DNA from: Laetmonice hystrix
Taxonomy: Eukaryota
Assembly: GCA_965235115.1 (NCBI GenBank)
Contig: OZ249436.1
Location: 36,706,001-36,770,000, forward strand
Length of the DNA stretch: 64,000 nucleotides
Direction: 5' to 3'
Shown in pieces: positions 62,351-64,000 of this stretch (position 1 is its first letter; each line of letters opens with the position of its first letter). The notes beneath the pieces are model-generated. The model searched no databases and was not told where the DNA came from. It worked only from the letters and a program-made list of their open reading frames with translations. The translations under genes and the position numbers were made by a program.

Positions 62351-63031
62351 ATGGTGTTACCCCATGGCAAAGCTCCCGGGAAACACCCAAGCATCAACCT
62401 GAGCTCCATGTCTGTGCGCCAGGCACTGACCACGCACATTGTGCGCCCCATCGTGGAATCACGGGCCCCAGTGTGTGCATTCCGCCTCACTTGGCGAGGA
62501 GAAACGAACGCACTGGAAGCGGTATGGAGCAACATTGTCCGCTACAGGCACAAAGTAGACAAGGTGCTCCACTCAGTATCGCAGGTCGACCTGGCGGTAT
62601 CCGCCATCAGTGGTACCGTGGTGCATTACCAGACCAGGGCACTGGAAACGTTTCCAGCCTTGGCCTATTGGGTTGTGGGCAGGAACTCAAGCTTTGGCAA
62701 CATGGAGCTAGCCAACAGGGTGCAGCAGTGCTCGGCGCAGCTGGGCGCCGTCGTAAAGCCTTTGACAGTGCGCAGGACGGTGACTGCCGAGGAGGGCGCA
62801 CAGTCGGCCCTCTTCATGGTCGTCAAGGACCACGGGGAGGGGTACGTGAGGGCCAGGGTGAACATGTGCCCGACCATGACAGATGCTGAGAACAGATCGG
62901 GGGCCAACGTCATGCAGGAGCCAATCGTCAAGTTTCTAGTCCGGGATCCCAAATACCTTCAACTTTTGCAGGCAGCGGAGAACGACTTCAATCAAGCACA
63001 TTTTGTGGCCTTGGTGGAATTGATCAAATGA
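62351..63031 (+). CDS. 226-aa globular-domain terminal exon; probable alternative last exon of the 50626 gene; HUH-like layout
   Basis: Preceded by a pyrimidine tract plus CAG (ctttctggttgccgttccag|ATG), phase 0. Uninterrupted ORF, markedly more GC-rich than its flanks, ends in TGA. AATAAA at about 63772. Family assignment is inference. Confidence 0.6.
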   Translation: MVLPHGKAPGKHPSINLSSMSVRQALTTHIVRPIVESRAPVCAFRLTWRGETNALEAVWSNIVRYRHKVDKVLHSVSQVDLAVSAISGTVVHYQTRALETFPALAYWVVGRNSSFGNMELANRVQQCSAQLGAVVKPLTVRRTVTAEEGAQSALFMVVKDHGEGYVRARVNMCPTMTDAENRSGANVMQEPIVKFLVRDPKYLQLLQAAENDFNQAHFVALVELIK

Positions 63032-64000
63032 GAAAGTGCTTGTTGGTCGTTGACTGAAGAACTAAAGAGGCATATCCCATGAAAGTCTGAGGGGACCATT
63101 TGTACTAGCCAAACGGGCCATTGACATACATGTATTTATAAAAGATCACCTCTTCACTTCAAGGTAGCTTCCACCCCCCTCTGGCCCAGTTTTTCCAAAA
63201 TTCTCAACTTGAGTAAGTGAACTAACAGGCTTCTGACTGGCTGGCCTAAGGAAACCAAGTATTCCTCTGGATAGACTAAGCTTATAGTGAACTGAATGAA
63301 CAATATGTTGCTGCTGGTGTGCCTCAGGTGACATTGATCTCAAAGAATCTCAGATAAAAATTGTGAGAAATGATGGGTTAGGGCCTACATCTGTAGTGTG
63401 ATAAAGCGTTGGCATTCCCTTCCAGAAATCTATCAATTATAGCCTTTGAGTAGACTAGTTAGAAAGTGTGTTTAATTTGTAAATTGTCAAGAGGAGTTAA
63501 GAGAATTCCTTGTTCTCATTTTATTGGATGTCATTTCATGCTATTATTTGGTAGTGAGTATATTTTCAAGATAGTTTTTCTTCTGTTCAGAACTATTCAG
63601 AGAAAATTATTACGAATGTTGAAATCCCAAAGTAACTCATCATAGCAATTTAGAAAGTGATGAGTAGCAGTAGAAGGGGCCTAGACCCAAGCTGTTGGAT
63701 TATTATTAGTGTAGTTGTTCTGTGGTATGTTGATCATCATGGACACCTACTCATTTATTAGAAATAACAAAAATAAAGGAAGCTTTTATCTGAAACAATA
63801 TGTGTAAACCCAATGAGTCTTTTACTGCTTTTGTCATCAGTAGCAACAGCTTTCCAAAGAAGAGAGAGCACGGAACAGTTTGGTCATTTAACATGAGAAA
63901 TATTTTTTTTATAAGGAGCTTGACAGTACAACCTGTCTGGAGATATTTTAGATGCATAGTCAGATTGTAGTCAGTGGGTTTATGGGTACTGTTGGAGCCT

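Noticed and set aside
62197..62889. 230-aa overlapping ORF in another + frame
   Set aside because: Shadow frame of a GC-rich coding exon. It starts at TTG in intron-like sequence and has no recognisable composition or motif.

Overview
Intron-rich animal genomic DNA, probably a lophotrochozoan invertebrate (inferred from gene and repeat content, not proven). Seven spliced protein-coding genes could be rebuilt by hand from GT-AG junctions: STUB1/CHIP (+, 5' part outside the window), JMJD8 (-, tail-to-tail with STUB1 as in human), CAMLG/GET2 (+, head-to-head with JMJD8), TFAM (-, with an unusual histone-H1-like lysine-rich tail), carboxypeptidase E (+), SRFBP1/BUD22 (+), and a putative transcription regulator (+, from 50626). 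Introns and spacers are crowded with non-autonomous DNA transposons (many CAG...CTG elements with 5- or 6-bp target-site duplications, plus Tigger/pogo-, piggyBac-, Harbinger- and Kolobok-like elements, several nested), one decayed CR1-type LINE and SINE fragments. The most interesting region is 50.6-63.0 kb. One constant exon encoding an unnamed N-terminal domain ends in a phase-0 donor. It is followed by at least two phase-0 stop-terminated candidate last exons: one with a single C2H2 finger and one 226-aa domain whose layout resembles a catalytically dead HUH (Replitron/Rep-like) endonuclease. This suggests a lola/mod(mdg4)-like constant-plus-variable-exon locus that may have recruited a transposon domain. 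That model is inference and needs transcript data and profile searches.
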